Source of the DNA: Gemmatimonadota bacterium
Lineage (GTDB): Bacteria > Gemmatimonadota > Gemmatimonadetes > Gemmatimonadales > GWC2-71-9
Direction of reading: 5' to 3'
DNA length: 64,000 bases
NCBI GenBank assembly: GCA_031402225.1
Contig: JANNSD010000050.1
Location: 8,405 to 72,404, forward strand
Position numbers and translations under genes: made by a program. Shown piece after piece: positions 30,247-40,392 of this stretch; position 1 is the first letter of the stretch, and each line of letters begins with the position of its first letter. Below the pieces are notes generated by a model. That model worked only from the letters and a program-made list of their open reading frames with translations. It was not told the origin of the DNA and did not search any database.

Positions 30247-31425
30247 TCAAGTCCCGCGGCGCCTCCACCCGGCGGCAATGACCCCGGCCGCGGCACTCGC
30301 CAGAGCCGAGAGGCCGAATGCCGCCGCGAACCCACCCTTCTCCGCCAGGACCCCGAGCACGAGCGGTCCAGCGATACGCGCCCCCGATCCGATGCTCTGC
30401 AGCGTACCGAGCACCCGGCCCTGCTCATCGGGTGGCGTACTGCGAGAAACGAAACCTGCAACGCAGGGCCCGACCAGGCTGAAGCCGGCGCTCAGCAGTG
30501 CGACGGCCAGGCCAAGACCCGCGATCTGCGCCGCGCCGTGCGTCGGCAGGGTGGCGAGCAGCGGTAGCAGGGCCAGCCCGACCGTCATGATTCCGCCGCC
30601 CCACATCACGAGCCGCAATTCACCCAGCCTCGGCACCAGTCGCCGCACCAGTCGCCCCTGCACCAGCACGCTGACCAGGCCCACGAGCGTGAAGGCGTAG
30701 CTGATCCCGGCGCGTGTCAGGCCCAGCGCCTGGGTGGCGAACTGCTGGAACACGACGTACATCGCCGTGAACGCCAGGGTAGCAGTGAAGGTGACGAGCA
30801 GTGCGGCCCGCGGCACCCGCACCCCCGCGCCCCACTCCTGGGCGCGGCGTGTCCCGCTCTCGCGAAGGAACAGCGCTGCCATCAGGAAGTTCAGCAGGCA
30901 AATGCCCCCTGCCAGCAACCCAGGTGCGCCTTCGCCCTGCCGGCTGGCGATGCCGCCCAGCGCCGGGCCAATGGTGAATGCCAGCCCGAATGCGGCGCCT
31001 ATGAGGCCCATGGCCTTGGCGCGCTCCTCCGGCGTCGTCGTGTCGGCCAGGGCCGCCTGCGCCACGTTCACGGTCGCGCCCAGACTTCCGGAGAGGATCC
31101 GCGCGAGAAAGAGGACCGACAGGCTCGTAGCCAGGCCGAAAACGGTGTAGGCGATGGCGCTGCCCGCGAGCCCGAGCAGTATGACCGGGCGGCGGCCAAT
31201 GCGGTCGCTCAGGCGGCCCCACCGAGGCGCCAGCAGGAAGGAGAGCAGGGAGTCGGTCGCGACCAGGGCGCCGATGATCAGCCCGCTCGCCGTGAAGCGG
31301 GCGGCGGCCAGCGGCAACTGGGGCACCACGATCCCGAACCCGACGAGATCGAGGAAGACGGCGAGCACGACCGCCTTGTTCAGGGACGGGCGAGGCGCGT
31401 TCGGCAGGGCAGGAGTTTCGGACAC
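30247..31425 (-). CDS. MFS transporter
   Basis: 392 aa with 12 TM helices and MFS motif A, GRLSDRIGRRPV. Confidence 0.9.
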   Translation of the reverse strand: MSETPALPNAPRPSLNKAVVLAVFLDLVGFGIVVPQLPLAAARFTASGLIIGALVATDSLLSFLLAPRWGRLSDRIGRRPVILLGLAGSAIAYTVFGLATSLSVLFLARILSGSLGATVNVAQAALADTTTPEERAKAMGLIGAAFGLAFTIGPALGGIASRQGEGAPGLLAGGICLLNFLMAALFLRESGTRRAQEWGAGVRVPRAALLVTFTATLAFTAMYVVFQQFATQALGLTRAGISYAFTLVGLVSVLVQGRLVRRLVPRLGELRLVMWGGGIMTVGLALLPLLATLPTHGAAQIAGLGLAVALLSAGFSLVGPCVAGFVSRSTPPDEQGRVLGTLQSIGSGARIAGPLVLGVLAEKGGFAAAFGLSALASAAAGVIAAGWRRRGT

Positions 31426-31479
31426 ACGGCTTTCTACCCGGGAGGCAGTGCGGCCGCCCGGGCTGCTGCGATCAGAAGG

Positions 31480-31737
31480 TTACAGCACGGGGCGCGGCGC
31501 TTCGGGAAGCGAGTCCCGGCTGAGCACGCGATCGATGTAGACCGCGTGCCGACCGCACTCGCCGCACATCAGCGTAACCCGACCGGAGGGGATCGCGGGA
31601 TCCCCTGGTCGACGCGGCGTACGCTGGACGGATGTAGTCTGGCATGTCGGGCAGACAAGCGGCTGCAAATCGCGATCAGCTGAAATGAGCAGCAACGCTT
31701 CCGGTGCTCGGTATTCCTTGATTCCCCTGCGACCCAC
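31480..31737 (-). CDS. Small zinc-ribbon protein (85 aa)
   Basis: GTG 31737 is preceded by GGAGGA with a 6-nt spacer. It carries CPTC...CGEC (CxxC-x27-CxxC). The longer track ORF (to 31917) extends into the AT-rich promoter region. It lies 54 nt upstream of the MFS gene. Confidence 0.5.
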   Translation of the reverse strand: MGRRGIKEYRAPEALLLISADRDLQPLVCPTCQTTSVQRTPRRPGDPAIPSGRVTLMCGECGRHAVYIDRVLSRDSLPEAPRPVL

Positions 31738-32040
31738 AGACGATCCTCCGACAGCGTGGTGACAGTGTCTATCCCCCGTGCGGCGCGGCACAAATGTACC
31801 CGTTTGTTCACTGTTCGCTACCCGGCCAAACTGGTCGAAGTCGCGACAGTAAAGCGACAGTAACGCAACACAATCGTAGCACCGACTACTATTGGTAGTA
31901 GCACTTATTGCTATCATACATGCCGAAAAGGCAGGCAGTCAAATGCTTGACGCGGAATACGGCTCGTGATACGTTGCCGACCAACCGACACTGTCGTGTC
32001 GGCGTTTCTCTCCCAGCGCCTCCGCGGCGCGGAGGTGCAT

Positions 32041-32424
32041 GTGGCAACAGAGCTTGGCGGGTCGCAGATCACGACCTTGATGGAGACGCTCCCCGGTATC
32101 GCCAACGTGCTTCGAAGCCCGGTGGCGGACGCCATCATCAACATGATCCGGGCCGGCGTCCGGCTGCGCGAGTTCCAGTACAGCGACGCCGACGAGCTGG
32201 TGAAGTACGCCATCCGCCGGAACCTGCTGGGTAACGATGAAGGTGAGCGGGTGCTTGCGGAGGCCAAGGCAGCCGAGCAGAAGCGGATCGACAAGGCCGC
32301 GGAGCGGGCCCACCACAAGGCGCATCCGCCCGCCAAGAAGGTCGTCAAGACCAAGGCGAAGGCGAGCAAGAACGTGAAGGCAGTGAAGCCGGCCAGGAAG
32401 GCGAAGCCAGCCAGGAAGCGCTAG
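32041..32424 (+). CDS. Hypothetical protein with histone H1-like Lys/Ala/Pro-rich C-terminal tail
   Basis: GTG 32041 lies 5 nt after GGAGG (32031-32035). The tail reads PPAKKVVKTKAKASKNVKAVKPARKAKPARKR. The N-terminal 90 aa are helical and I do not recognise them. Confidence 0.65.
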   Translation: MATELGGSQITTLMETLPGIANVLRSPVADAIINMIRAGVRLREFQYSDADELVKYAIRRNLLGNDEGERVLAEAKAAEQKRIDKAAERAHHKAHPPAKKVVKTKAKASKNVKAVKPARKAKPARKR

Positions 32425-32442
32425 GCCAGTCTTTCCGCCGCC

Positions 32443-34134
32443 CTACACCCGGAATTCGGTGACGAGGGCGGCGAGTCGGTTCGACGCCTGCAGCAGTTCC
32501 GCCGCCGCGGCCGCCATCTCCTCAGTCGATGCGCTCTGCTCTTCCGCCGCCGCGGTGACTTCCTCGCTGGCGGAGGCGTTCTCGTTGGCCGCCGACCCGG
32601 CTTCCGCCGTTCGCTCCCCCAGTGCCGTCACCGTCTCCTCGTTCTTCGTCGCCTCGCGCGCCACATCTTCGGCCGCTGACCGGACGCCCTCCACTGCGGC
32701 CACGATCTCCTCCAGGGCATGAGCCGCCGCACCCGCCACCGACTCGACGCCGGACACCTTGGCCGACCCCGCATCCATGGTGGCGGCGACCTCCGCCATC
32801 TGCTTCTGGATCTGCGACACAGTGCGGGCCACTTCCTCCGCCGCCTGTGCGCTCGAGTCGGCGAGACGGCGCACCTCTTCGGCCACGACCGCGAATCCGC
32901 GCCCATGCTCCCCGGCGCGGGCCGCCTCGATCGCGGCATTGAGCGCGAGCAGGTTGGTCTGCGAGGAGATCTGCTTGATCAGCTCGATGAAGTCCGAGAT
33001 GGCGCGCGACGTACGGGCAAGGGCCTGCACCTGCCCGGTCGAGGTGCGCACCACCTCGCGCACATCAAGGAGTGCGCGGCCCGCGCTCGACACGTCGCCG
33101 CGGTGATACTCGGCGAGGCGACGGATCCTGTCACCCACATCCACCACGCGCCTGGCAGCGGCGGTGTTGCCCACGGCCGTCTCGCGCAGGGACACCAGCA
33201 GCAGGTCGGCGGCACGCATGCCGCTGGCCTGGCGCTCCGCGCTGTCGGCCACCCGCACCATCGCGGTTGAGATTTCGCCGCTCGTGGCGGCGAGTTCCTC
33301 GCTCATCGCCGAGAAATCGCTCGCGTTGGCACTGATGGACCGTGCCTCACCAATGACGGACTCGACCAGGCCGCGGAGGCGCGTACGCATCCGGTCGAGC
33401 GCCTGCGCCAGCCGTCCCAGTTCGGTCGGCATGTCGCCCAGGTCGAGGGGCCGAAGGTCGCCGGCACCGAACCGGTCGGCGGCGCCGACGAGCTTCTTGA
33501 GCGGCAGGTCGATGGCCCGCACCACGACGACCACCGTGCCGAGCCCGAACGCGAGTGCGCCGCTGAACAGCAGCCACAGGATGGTGCGCCGCTGCCGGGT
33601 TTCCCCCTGGAGCTCCCGCTGCCCGCGCAACGCGGTCTTCGACTGCGAATCGGACAGCCGCTGCACGTCCTCCGTAAGAGTCGTGGCCGGCGCGCGCGCC
33701 TGTTCCGCCGCCGCCCGTGCCTCGTCGGGCCGGCCCAGGTCGGCCAGTGCGAAGGCACGGCCGAAAGCAACTTCGATGCGGGCCTGGACGTCGGCGATGC
33801 GATTCAGCACGATGCGGTCGCTGTTGCCGAGTGATGTCAGCTGCTGGTAACGCCGCTGGTATCCATAGGCCGAGTCCCCATGCAGCAGGAACGCGGTCCG
33901 CAGCGAGTCAGACGGGCGGACGAGGTACTGTTCCGCCGCCCGGATCTGGCTGTTCGAGGTGGAGACGAGTCCGGCCCCGACCTGCGTGATCTCCAGCATG
34001 GAGGCGAGCTGGCCACTCACCAGTTTGTCCAGCGCGCTGATCGTGTTCACGGCCAGCAGGGCGAGGGCCAGGACCAGGACGAGGAGCAACCCCATGCCCG
34101 ACAGGACCCGGCTGCGCAGGCTGCCGAGCCTCAC
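32443..34134 (-). CDS. Methyl-accepting chemotaxis protein
   Basis: N-terminal TM helix, a periplasmic helical sensor, a second TM helix and HAMP. The conserved signalling hairpin is [40 protein letters not shown]. Confidence 0.9.
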   Translation of the reverse strand: MRLGSLRSRVLSGMGLLLVLVLALALLAVNTISALDKLVSGQLASMLEITQVGAGLVSTSNSQIRAAEQYLVRPSDSLRTAFLLHGDSAYGYQRRYQQLTSLGNSDRIVLNRIADVQARIEVAFGRAFALADLGRPDEARAAAEQARAPATTLTEDVQRLSDSQSKTALRGQRELQGETRQRRTILWLLFSGALAFGLGTVVVVVRAIDLPLKKLVGAADRFGAGDLRPLDLGDMPTELGRLAQALDRMRTRLRGLVESVIGEARSISANASDFSAMSEELAATSGEISTAMVRVADSAERQASGMRAADLLLVSLRETAVGNTAAARRVVDVGDRIRRLAEYHRGDVSSAGRALLDVREVVRTSTGQVQALARTSRAISDFIELIKQISSQTNLLALNAAIEAARAGEHGRGFAVVAEEVRRLADSSAQAAEEVARTVSQIQKQMAEVAATMDAGSAKVSGVESVAGAAAHALEEIVAAVEGVRSAAEDVAREATKNEETVTALGERTAEAGSAANENASASEEVTAAAEEQSASTEEMAAAAAELLQASNRLAALVTEFRV

Positions 34135-35270
34135 AGCCCACCCGCCAGCAGGACCGCGCCATTGCGGACAACGGTGATGAAGACCTGCTTGTCGGGCACG
34201 TCGCCAAGGGAATCGAAAGCGATCTTGCCGGTCGCGCCTTCGAATGGCGCCGCGCCGCGGCCCACGCGGTCCATCGCGCGCCGCACCCCCTCCCGGCTGG
34301 CGCCACCTTCCGCGATGGCACGCGCGAGCAGGTGCACTGCATCGTACGTGGCGGCCGCAGGCTGGTTCGGCACCGGCGTATCGGGGTACTTCGCGGCATA
34401 GGCGGCGATGAACTTCCGGTTGGCCGTGGTGTTGAGGCTCGGGTGGTAGGCGGCGCTCACGTAGGTCCCCTCCGCGAGCGGGCCAGCTTCCTCAATGCCT
34501 TCGAGGCCGTCGCCCCCGAGCATCGGCACCTGCAGGTTGAGGGCCCTCGCGCCGCGCAGGATCGACTCGGCGTCGGGCCGGTTGCCGGCGACAAAGAGGA
34601 ACTGCGGGCGCTGCAGTTTGGCCAGCCGCTCCAGTTGCGGCCCGACGTCCGGCGACGTTCCAAGGTAGGGCTCGGTGCCGACCAATCGGCCGCCCCGCTC
34701 CTTCAAACTGTTGGAGAACGACTGCCGGATGCCGCGCCCATAGTCATCATCGAGGTAGAATACGGCGCCCTGCTTGAGCTGCAGCCGGTCCGTTACCCAG
34801 CGCGCCAGCGCGGCTCCGTGCGCCAGGTCGCTGGGACACATGCGGAACGTAAAGGGTCCTGCGTCGCTGACTTCAGGCGCGGACGAGGAGGGTGTCACCG
34901 CCACGAGTGGTCGGGAGCCGCCGTTGTAGATGGGCGCCGCGGCGAGCGTGGTGCCGGAAAAGAGGTGGCCGACAACGCCAAGGGCCTCGGACGCGTACAA
35001 TTCTTCGGCGACCCGGACCGCCGAGTCGGGATTGGCAAAGTCGTCGCGCTCGATGAGCACCAGCGGGCGTCCCCGCACGCCGCCGCGCGCGTTGACTTCT
35101 CCCACGGCGAGCTGTGCGGCGCGCCGCATCGGCTCGCCGATCGGATCCGAGAGGGCGCCGGCGACGCCGATGTAGATGGGGCGTTCAGTGCGGCTGCAGC
35201 CGGTGAGCCCGGCCAACAGCAGCGGGGCCAGGCCCAGCACCACGCGCTTGAGGTGCGGTAGAATCACCAT
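34131..35270 (-). CDS. Periplasmic solute-binding lipoprotein (LivK/Peripla_BP_6-like)
   Basis: Lipobox [50 protein letters not shown] is typical of type I branched-chain amino-acid-binding proteins. The stop overlaps the MCP start by 4 nt. Confidence 0.9.
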   Translation of the reverse strand: MVILPHLKRVVLGLAPLLLAGLTGCSRTERPIYIGVAGALSDPIGEPMRRAAQLAVGEVNARGGVRGRPLVLIERDDFANPDSAVRVAEELYASEALGVVGHLFSGTTLAAAPIYNGGSRPLVAVTPSSSAPEVSDAGPFTFRMCPSDLAHGAALARWVTDRLQLKQGAVFYLDDDYGRGIRQSFSNSLKERGGRLVGTEPYLGTSPDVGPQLERLAKLQRPQFLFVAGNRPDAESILRGARALNLQVPMLGGDGLEGIEEAGPLAEGTYVSAAYHPSLNTTANRKFIAAYAAKYPDTPVPNQPAAATYDAVHLLARAIAEGGASREGVRRAMDRVGRGAAPFEGATGKIAFDSLGDVPDKQVFITVVRNGAVLLAGGL

Positions 35271-35301
35271 TAAGCGGGGAGGCTACTCCCCGATCCCCCG
35301 A

Positions 35302-35577
35302 ATGGCAATAGCCGCACCCGCCGCTGTCTTCGACCTGCACGGCCTGTCCGTGCTCGATGCTGTGACCAGCACCGAGCAGTTCCTGCGCGCCCAGCGGAGG
35401 GCACGCCCGGGAGCCACCGTCCGGGTCATTACCGGTCGCGGGCGTTCGGGAGGTGGCGCACCCGTGCGCACCAGGGTGCGCACACTGCTCCGTACGCTGG
35501 AGGCGCAGGCCAACGTGGTGCGAAACTTCGAGCTGGAGGCGAGCGAGGGAAGCTTCCTGGTGCGGCTCGCCGGCTAG
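35302..35577 (+). CDS. Smr-domain protein
   Basis: FDLHGLSVLDAVTSTEQFL...VRVITGRGRSGG matches the Smr (LDLHG/TGxG) pattern. ATG 35302 was chosen; the track start is 35176. Confidence 0.75.
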   Translation: MAIAAPAAVFDLHGLSVLDAVTSTEQFLRAQRRARPGATVRVITGRGRSGGGAPVRTRVRTLLRTLEAQANVVRNFELEASEGSFLVRLAG

Positions 35578-36290
35578 CGCGCCGGCGACGCCTCGATACC
35601 CTGGACTGCCGAGGTGTCGGCCGGCGGCATGGTGCTGGTGGCCTTCTTTGCGGGCGCCGGCTTCTTCGGGGCTGGTGCCGCGGCCTTCTGCGGCGTGCCG
35701 CGGCGCGCCGTCCAGCCATCGAGCACGTTGCCGTCGATCAGGGCGACCGAGGTGGCCTTGGCGCCCTGCTGCGCGCGCCAGGTCAGCCGGATCATCGTGC
35801 CCTGCCGAACCCACTGCATCATCCACTGGGAATTCTGCGCCTTGGCGTTGACGCGGCCGTAGCGTCGCTCGAGCGACGTGCGCAACTGGTCGAGTTCATC
35901 GGGTGCCAGGTTGCCAGCCACGGTGAGCACGCTGGTGACGCTGTCGACCGCGGACATCCAGAGCTCGAGCGGCTCCGCCGCCTCCGGCACGCTCACCGTG
36001 GCACGGCATTCCTCGACTCTCGAGTCGGCCTTGGAGCGGTCGCAGCGGAGATTGCCGCCGTTGCGATCAGCGATGGTCTCCGCGACCACCCGCACGGTGG
36101 AGCCAGCCTTGATCCCGAACACCGACAGGGGGTCAGAGGCTGGAGCCGCCTGCGCCATGAGGGGCACAGGCATGAGCCCAAGCAGCACGATCGTCAGCGC
36201 AGTACGGGTCACGCGATACCCCGGAAGACAGGATGCGACCACTGGCGTGCAAGGAATGCGCCCCGCCCCCGCGGATGCAATGCCCTGCAT
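35574..36290 (-). CDS. Secreted hypothetical protein with Ala/Pro/Lys-rich C-terminal tail
   Basis: ATG lies 4 nt after the stop of the aminotransferase gene. It has a hydrophobic signal-like segment (ALTIVLLGLMPVPLMAQAAP) and the tail KAAAPAPKKPAPAKKATS. Confidence 0.6.
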   Translation of the reverse strand: MQGIASAGAGRIPCTPVVASCLPGYRVTRTALTIVLLGLMPVPLMAQAAPASDPLSVFGIKAGSTVRVVAETIADRNGGNLRCDRSKADSRVEECRATVSVPEAAEPLELWMSAVDSVTSVLTVAGNLAPDELDQLRTSLERRYGRVNAKAQNSQWMMQWVRQGTMIRLTWRAQQGAKATSVALIDGNVLDGWTARRGTPQKAAAPAPKKPAPAKKATSTMPPADTSAVQGIEASPAR

Positions 36291-36294
36291 CAGG

Positions 36295-37572
36295 TCAGGT
36301 GAGCCCGCTCCGGATCGCGGCCGAAACCTGGGCGGTAAAGATGTCGATCTCGGCCGGCGTCGTGTACACGTTGGGCGTGATCCGGAGCCCGCTGAACTGG
36401 GGGTGCACGATCAGCGTCGTGACGATGCGGTGCTGGTTCAGCAGCCACTCCTGGAGGCGGGCGGGGTCGAGCCCTGCGATGGTGACGAACCCGATGGCCG
36501 CGCTGTCGGGCGAGTTGAGCGGCGTGAGGACCTTCACGCGGTCGCTCTCCGCCAGGAGCGGCACGGCCCAGCGATCGCGCAGGTAGCGCAGGCGCGCCAC
36601 CTTCCGGTCGGCACCGATCGCCTGGTGAAAGGTCAGCGCCACGCTGATCGCGTTGTGGTTGGCGGCGGGGTGGGTGCCGATCTCCTCGTACTTCCGGATG
36701 TTGGCGTCCATCGTCGCGGGTGCGGCCATCATCGGCCAGAGTCCGGGAATCCTGTCGCGCCGCACGTACAGGAAGCCGGTGCCGATCGGGGCCAGCAGCC
36801 ACTTGTGCAGGCTGGTGCCGTAGTAGTCGCAGTCGAGGGCGTCCCGGTCGAACGGGAAGTGCGCGAAGGCATGGGCACCGTCCACAAAGACCGCGATGCC
36901 CTTGGGGCGCGCCATGGCCACGATATCCCGCACCGGCATGATCTGCCCGGTGAGGTTGGTGATGTGGGTGACCTCGATGACGCGGGTGCGGGGCGTGATG
37001 GCCTCGGCAAAACGATCCACGAGGTACTGCTGGGACGGCGGTGGTACCTCGAACGTGATGGTCTTGATCACGATGCCATCGCGCCGCGCGCGCTGGTCCC
37101 ACGTGGTGAGCATGCGGCCATAGTTCTGGTCGGTTACGATGACCTCGTCGCCGCGGCGCAGGTCGAGACCGAGAATCATGGTCTCATTCGCCTCGGAGGC
37201 ATTCCGGGTGATTGCCAGCTCCTCGGCGTCGCAGCCGAACTCGGCCGCCAGGCTGGTTCGCACCGACTCCACCCTCGGTTCGAGCGTCCGCCACATGTGC
37301 TCCACCGGCAGCTCATTCGAGAAGCGCAGGTCGCGGATCATCTGCTCCAGTACCACGGTGGGTGACGGGCTCACGCCCCCGTTGTTGAGGTTGATCATCG
37401 TCGGGTCGCCGTCGAACGCGCGCTGGATCACCGCCCAGTATTCCTCGTCGTCCGGTGCCCCGGCGCGCGAGCCGGAGGCTTCCGCCTGCACCAGGTAGCG
37501 GATGGCCTTGGGTGAGAACATCGGTGCGGCAACAGCGAGCGAACGAACGAAGGTTCGGCGATCGACCATCAT
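36295..37572 (-). CDS. Class-V aminotransferase-fold PLP enzyme (isopenicillin-N epimerase / cysteine desulfurase-like) with Tat-type signal
   Basis: The N-terminus MMVDRRTFVRSLAVAAPMF looks like a twin-arginine signal. The PLP-lysine context is GTSLHKWLLAPIGTGFLYV. 425 aa. Confidence 0.9.
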   Translation of the reverse strand: MMVDRRTFVRSLAVAAPMFSPKAIRYLVQAEASGSRAGAPDDEEYWAVIQRAFDGDPTMINLNNGGVSPSPTVVLEQMIRDLRFSNELPVEHMWRTLEPRVESVRTSLAAEFGCDAEELAITRNASEANETMILGLDLRRGDEVIVTDQNYGRMLTTWDQRARRDGIVIKTITFEVPPPSQQYLVDRFAEAITPRTRVIEVTHITNLTGQIMPVRDIVAMARPKGIAVFVDGAHAFAHFPFDRDALDCDYYGTSLHKWLLAPIGTGFLYVRRDRIPGLWPMMAAPATMDANIRKYEEIGTHPAANHNAISVALTFHQAIGADRKVARLRYLRDRWAVPLLAESDRVKVLTPLNSPDSAAIGFVTIAGLDPARLQEWLLNQHRIVTTLIVHPQFSGLRITPNVYTTPAEIDIFTAQVSAAIRSGLT

Positions 37573-37681
37573 GGGCTCGGTGGCGGAGTAGATTGGATAA
37601 TGGGGGTCTGGCGCCCGAACGGCCAGCGCCAGACCCTGGACGCCGTGCCTCCGTGCCGATCAACCGGTCCCGATCAATCAC

Positions 37682-39694
37682 ATGCTCCTCATCCTGATCT
37701 TTGCGCTGCAGCAGCCGGCGCAGCAGCCCGTGGCGCCCCCGGTGGCGCCCCCGCCCCCCGCAGTCGTGAGGCCCGCCTCCCCCATTGCCCGGGTGCAGGT
37801 AGAGCCGGGCGACGTCGCCGTGCAGGCGGGCGACACGGTGCGCCTGCGGGCCGTGGCCTACGACTCGGCCGGCCGCGCGATCCCCAGCGCCACCACGAAG
37901 TGGTTCCAGGCCGGTCATGGCTTTGAGGGCCGCGTGAGTGACGACGGGCTGGTCACGGCGGGATCCACCGGGACCATGCGCATTGCGGCGGTCACCAGTG
38001 TCGCCGGCAGCAAGCCGACCACCACCTTCACCCGCATCACCATCCTGTCGCCGCCCGCGGCGCGCATCGCGGTTGAACCGGTCGTGAAGCGGCTGTACGC
38101 GGGGCAGGCGCTTTCGCTGAGCGCCGTGCCGTATGCCGCGAACAATGACCGGCGTTACGACCCGGTTTCCTGGGAGTCCGATGCGCCGGGCATCGTGTCG
38201 GTCACTCCCTCAGGGCGCATCACGGCGCTGCGCGCGGGCCGCGCCACCGTGACGGCGCGTGCGGGCCGCGCCAGCCAGGCGATGCCCCTCGTGGTCGAGG
38301 CCAGCCCGGCGGCGGCCCTCGTGCTGACGCCGGTGGACACGTCGGTGCGCACCGGTGACGTGGTGCGCCTGGGCTTCACGGCGCGCACCGCGGCGGGCAA
38401 GCGCCTGCCTGACGTGCTGCCGGAGTTCCTGGTGAGCCCCGGCGGCGGGGCGGTGGACCCGGACGGTGCCTTCGTGGCGAGTGAGCCCGGCACCTACCGT
38501 ATCGTGGCCTCCTTTGCCGGCCGCACCGCGGAGGCCACGGTAACGGCGCGCCCGCGCGACGCGGTCCGCCCCACCACCGTCGTGGGGCGGCTGCCGGTCG
38601 CGAGCTTCATCTCCACGGAGTTCTGGCTCCACCCGGATGGCCGCCACGGGTATCTCGCCACGCTGGGCGACCGGCTCTATGCCGTGGACCTCGGCGATCC
38701 CGCAAAGCCCGTCATCACCGACTCGGTCATGGTGGACGCGCGCGTGATCAACGACGTGATGAGCACGGAGGACGGCAAGTTCGGCGTGATGACGCGCGAG
38801 GGCGCGAGTTCCCGGAAGAATGGCATCGTCGTGCTGTCGTTCGAGGATCCCGCACACCCGGTCCAGGTGGCGGAGTTCACCGAGACCGTCAGCGGCGGCG
38901 TGCATAGCACGTTCATCTATCGGGGCTACGTCTACCTCACCGACGACGCCACCGGATCGATGCGGGTCATCGATATCCGCGACCCGTACCATCCATCGCA
39001 GGTGGCGCGCTGGGAGACGCCCCGCACCGAGGCGGGACGCATGCTGCACGACATCGACGTGCGGGACGGCCTGGCCTACCTCAGCTACTGGAACGACGGC
39101 CTGGTCATCCTCGACGTCGGGAACGGGATCAAGGGTGGCAGCCCCGAGAATCCGCAGCTGGTGTCGCAGCTCAAGTACGACCTCAATGTGCTGTATCGCG
39201 ATGTCGAGGCGGTGGGTGGGCCGGGCTTCATCCGCGGCACCCACACCGCATGGCGCAGCGGGCGCTACGTCTTCGTCGGCGACGAGGTCTTCTCCGCGAA
39301 GCCAGTGGGAACGCTCGGCCCCATCGGCCTCGGGCGGGCCTACGGACGACTGCACGTCGTGGACGTGTCGGACGTGCTGGCCCCGAGACTCGTGGCCTGG
39401 TACGAACCCAGAGACGGCGGCGCGCACAATGTCTGGGTCGCCGGGGATACGCTCTATCTCGGGGACTACCAGGGGGGCCTGCGGGTGGTGGACATCTCCG
39501 GCGAATTGCGCGGTGACCTGCAGCAGCAGGGGCGCGAGATCGCGCACGTTGCCACGGGGGACGCCCGGGGGCACGTGCCGAACGCGCCGCTTACGTGGGG
39601 CGCCATCTACCGAAACGGCAACATCTACGTTCCCGACATGAATTCGGGTCTCTGGGTGGTGAAGGTGGAGGGATCGGCCGTCGGGGTGCCATAG
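37682..39694 (+). CDS. Secreted protein with Ig-like (Big_2-type) domains and LVIVD-repeat beta-propeller
   Basis: The N-terminal third has three repeats of the form V.P....V.AG..V.L.A.A.D..G. The C-terminal part has LVIVD-type repeats (LYAVDLGDP, MRVIDIRDP, GLVILDVGN, LHVVDVSD, GLRVVDISG, GLWVVKVE). Confidence 0.85.
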   Translation: MLLILIFALQQPAQQPVAPPVAPPPPAVVRPASPIARVQVEPGDVAVQAGDTVRLRAVAYDSAGRAIPSATTKWFQAGHGFEGRVSDDGLVTAGSTGTMRIAAVTSVAGSKPTTTFTRITILSPPAARIAVEPVVKRLYAGQALSLSAVPYAANNDRRYDPVSWESDAPGIVSVTPSGRITALRAGRATVTARAGRASQAMPLVVEASPAAALVLTPVDTSVRTGDVVRLGFTARTAAGKRLPDVLPEFLVSPGGGAVDPDGAFVASEPGTYRIVASFAGRTAEATVTARPRDAVRPTTVVGRLPVASFISTEFWLHPDGRHGYLATLGDRLYAVDLGDPAKPVITDSVMVDARVINDVMSTEDGKFGVMTREGASSRKNGIVVLSFEDPAHPVQVAEFTETVSGGVHSTFIYRGYVYLTDDATGSMRVIDIRDPYHPSQVARWETPRTEAGRMLHDIDVRDGLAYLSYWNDGLVILDVGNGIKGGSPENPQLVSQLKYDLNVLYRDVEAVGGPGFIRGTHTAWRSGRYVFVGDEVFSAKPVGTLGPIGLGRAYGRLHVVDVSDVLAPRLVAWYEPRDGGAHNVWVAGDTLYLGDYQGGLRVVDISGELRGDLQQQGREIAHVATGDARGHVPNAPLTWGAIYRNGNIYVPDMNSGLWVVKVEGSAVGVP

Positions 39695-39783
39695 GGGCTG
39701 GGCGGCTATATTTGCCCCCCTCGATGGCAGCCCCCTCGCTGGGCGCCCCCTGGTCGGTTTCTCATCGGAGTCGGACTCAGATC

Positions 39784-40392
39784 ATGACGCGCGCATTGAT
39801 CGCTGCTGCTGTGCTGGCCATGCTCTGGACCCCGCGCCTGCACGCGCAGGCCCCAACCCAACCGCCAAAGAACTCGGGCGCAGGCCTGCCACAGGTCTAC
39901 AAGCCAGAGCAACTGAGTCCGGTGCAGAAGCAGGCCCGCGATGCGGTGTCGACGCTGCGCGATTCAGTGGCCGCGGCCGGCGGTGCCCTGTCCGGGCTCG
40001 GCGCGGACGCGCCGACAACGTCGCTCCGGGTGCTGGAGAGCAGGGCGGCAACCGTCGTCGATCGCTGCGCCGCCGCGGAGCGGCAACGCGCGCATTCCGT
40101 CACGCAACTCTCCACCGCAGCGCTCACCGAGCCGGGCGAGATCAAGGCGCAGAAGGACATGCTGAAGCAGATGAGCATGCTGACGAAGCCGCTGGACCAG
40201 TGCCGGTCCACCTTCCAGCCGATGGCGCAGCTGGGCAAGGGTCAGGAGGTGCGCGACTACGGCCCGTCGCGTGCCAAGCCGATCCTCGCCGCATTCCAGC
40301 ACTTCGACCAGTCGCTCAAGCCCTTCGCGACGGCGATGCAGATCCAGTTCCGGCCGATCATCAACAGTGCCGGAAAGGGTCCGCTCGACTGA
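39784..40392 (+). CDS. Secreted hypothetical protein (202 aa)
   Basis: ATG 39784 gives the signal peptide MTRALIAAAVLAMLWTPRLHAQA. The track ORF start 39595 overlaps the previous gene. No motif recognised. Confidence 0.6.
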   Translation: MTRALIAAAVLAMLWTPRLHAQAPTQPPKNSGAGLPQVYKPEQLSPVQKQARDAVSTLRDSVAAAGGALSGLGADAPTTSLRVLESRAATVVDRCAAAERQRAHSVTQLSTAALTEPGEIKAQKDMLKQMSMLTKPLDQCRSTFQPMAQLGKGQEVRDYGPSRAKPILAAFQHFDQSLKPFATAMQIQFRPIINSAGKGPLD

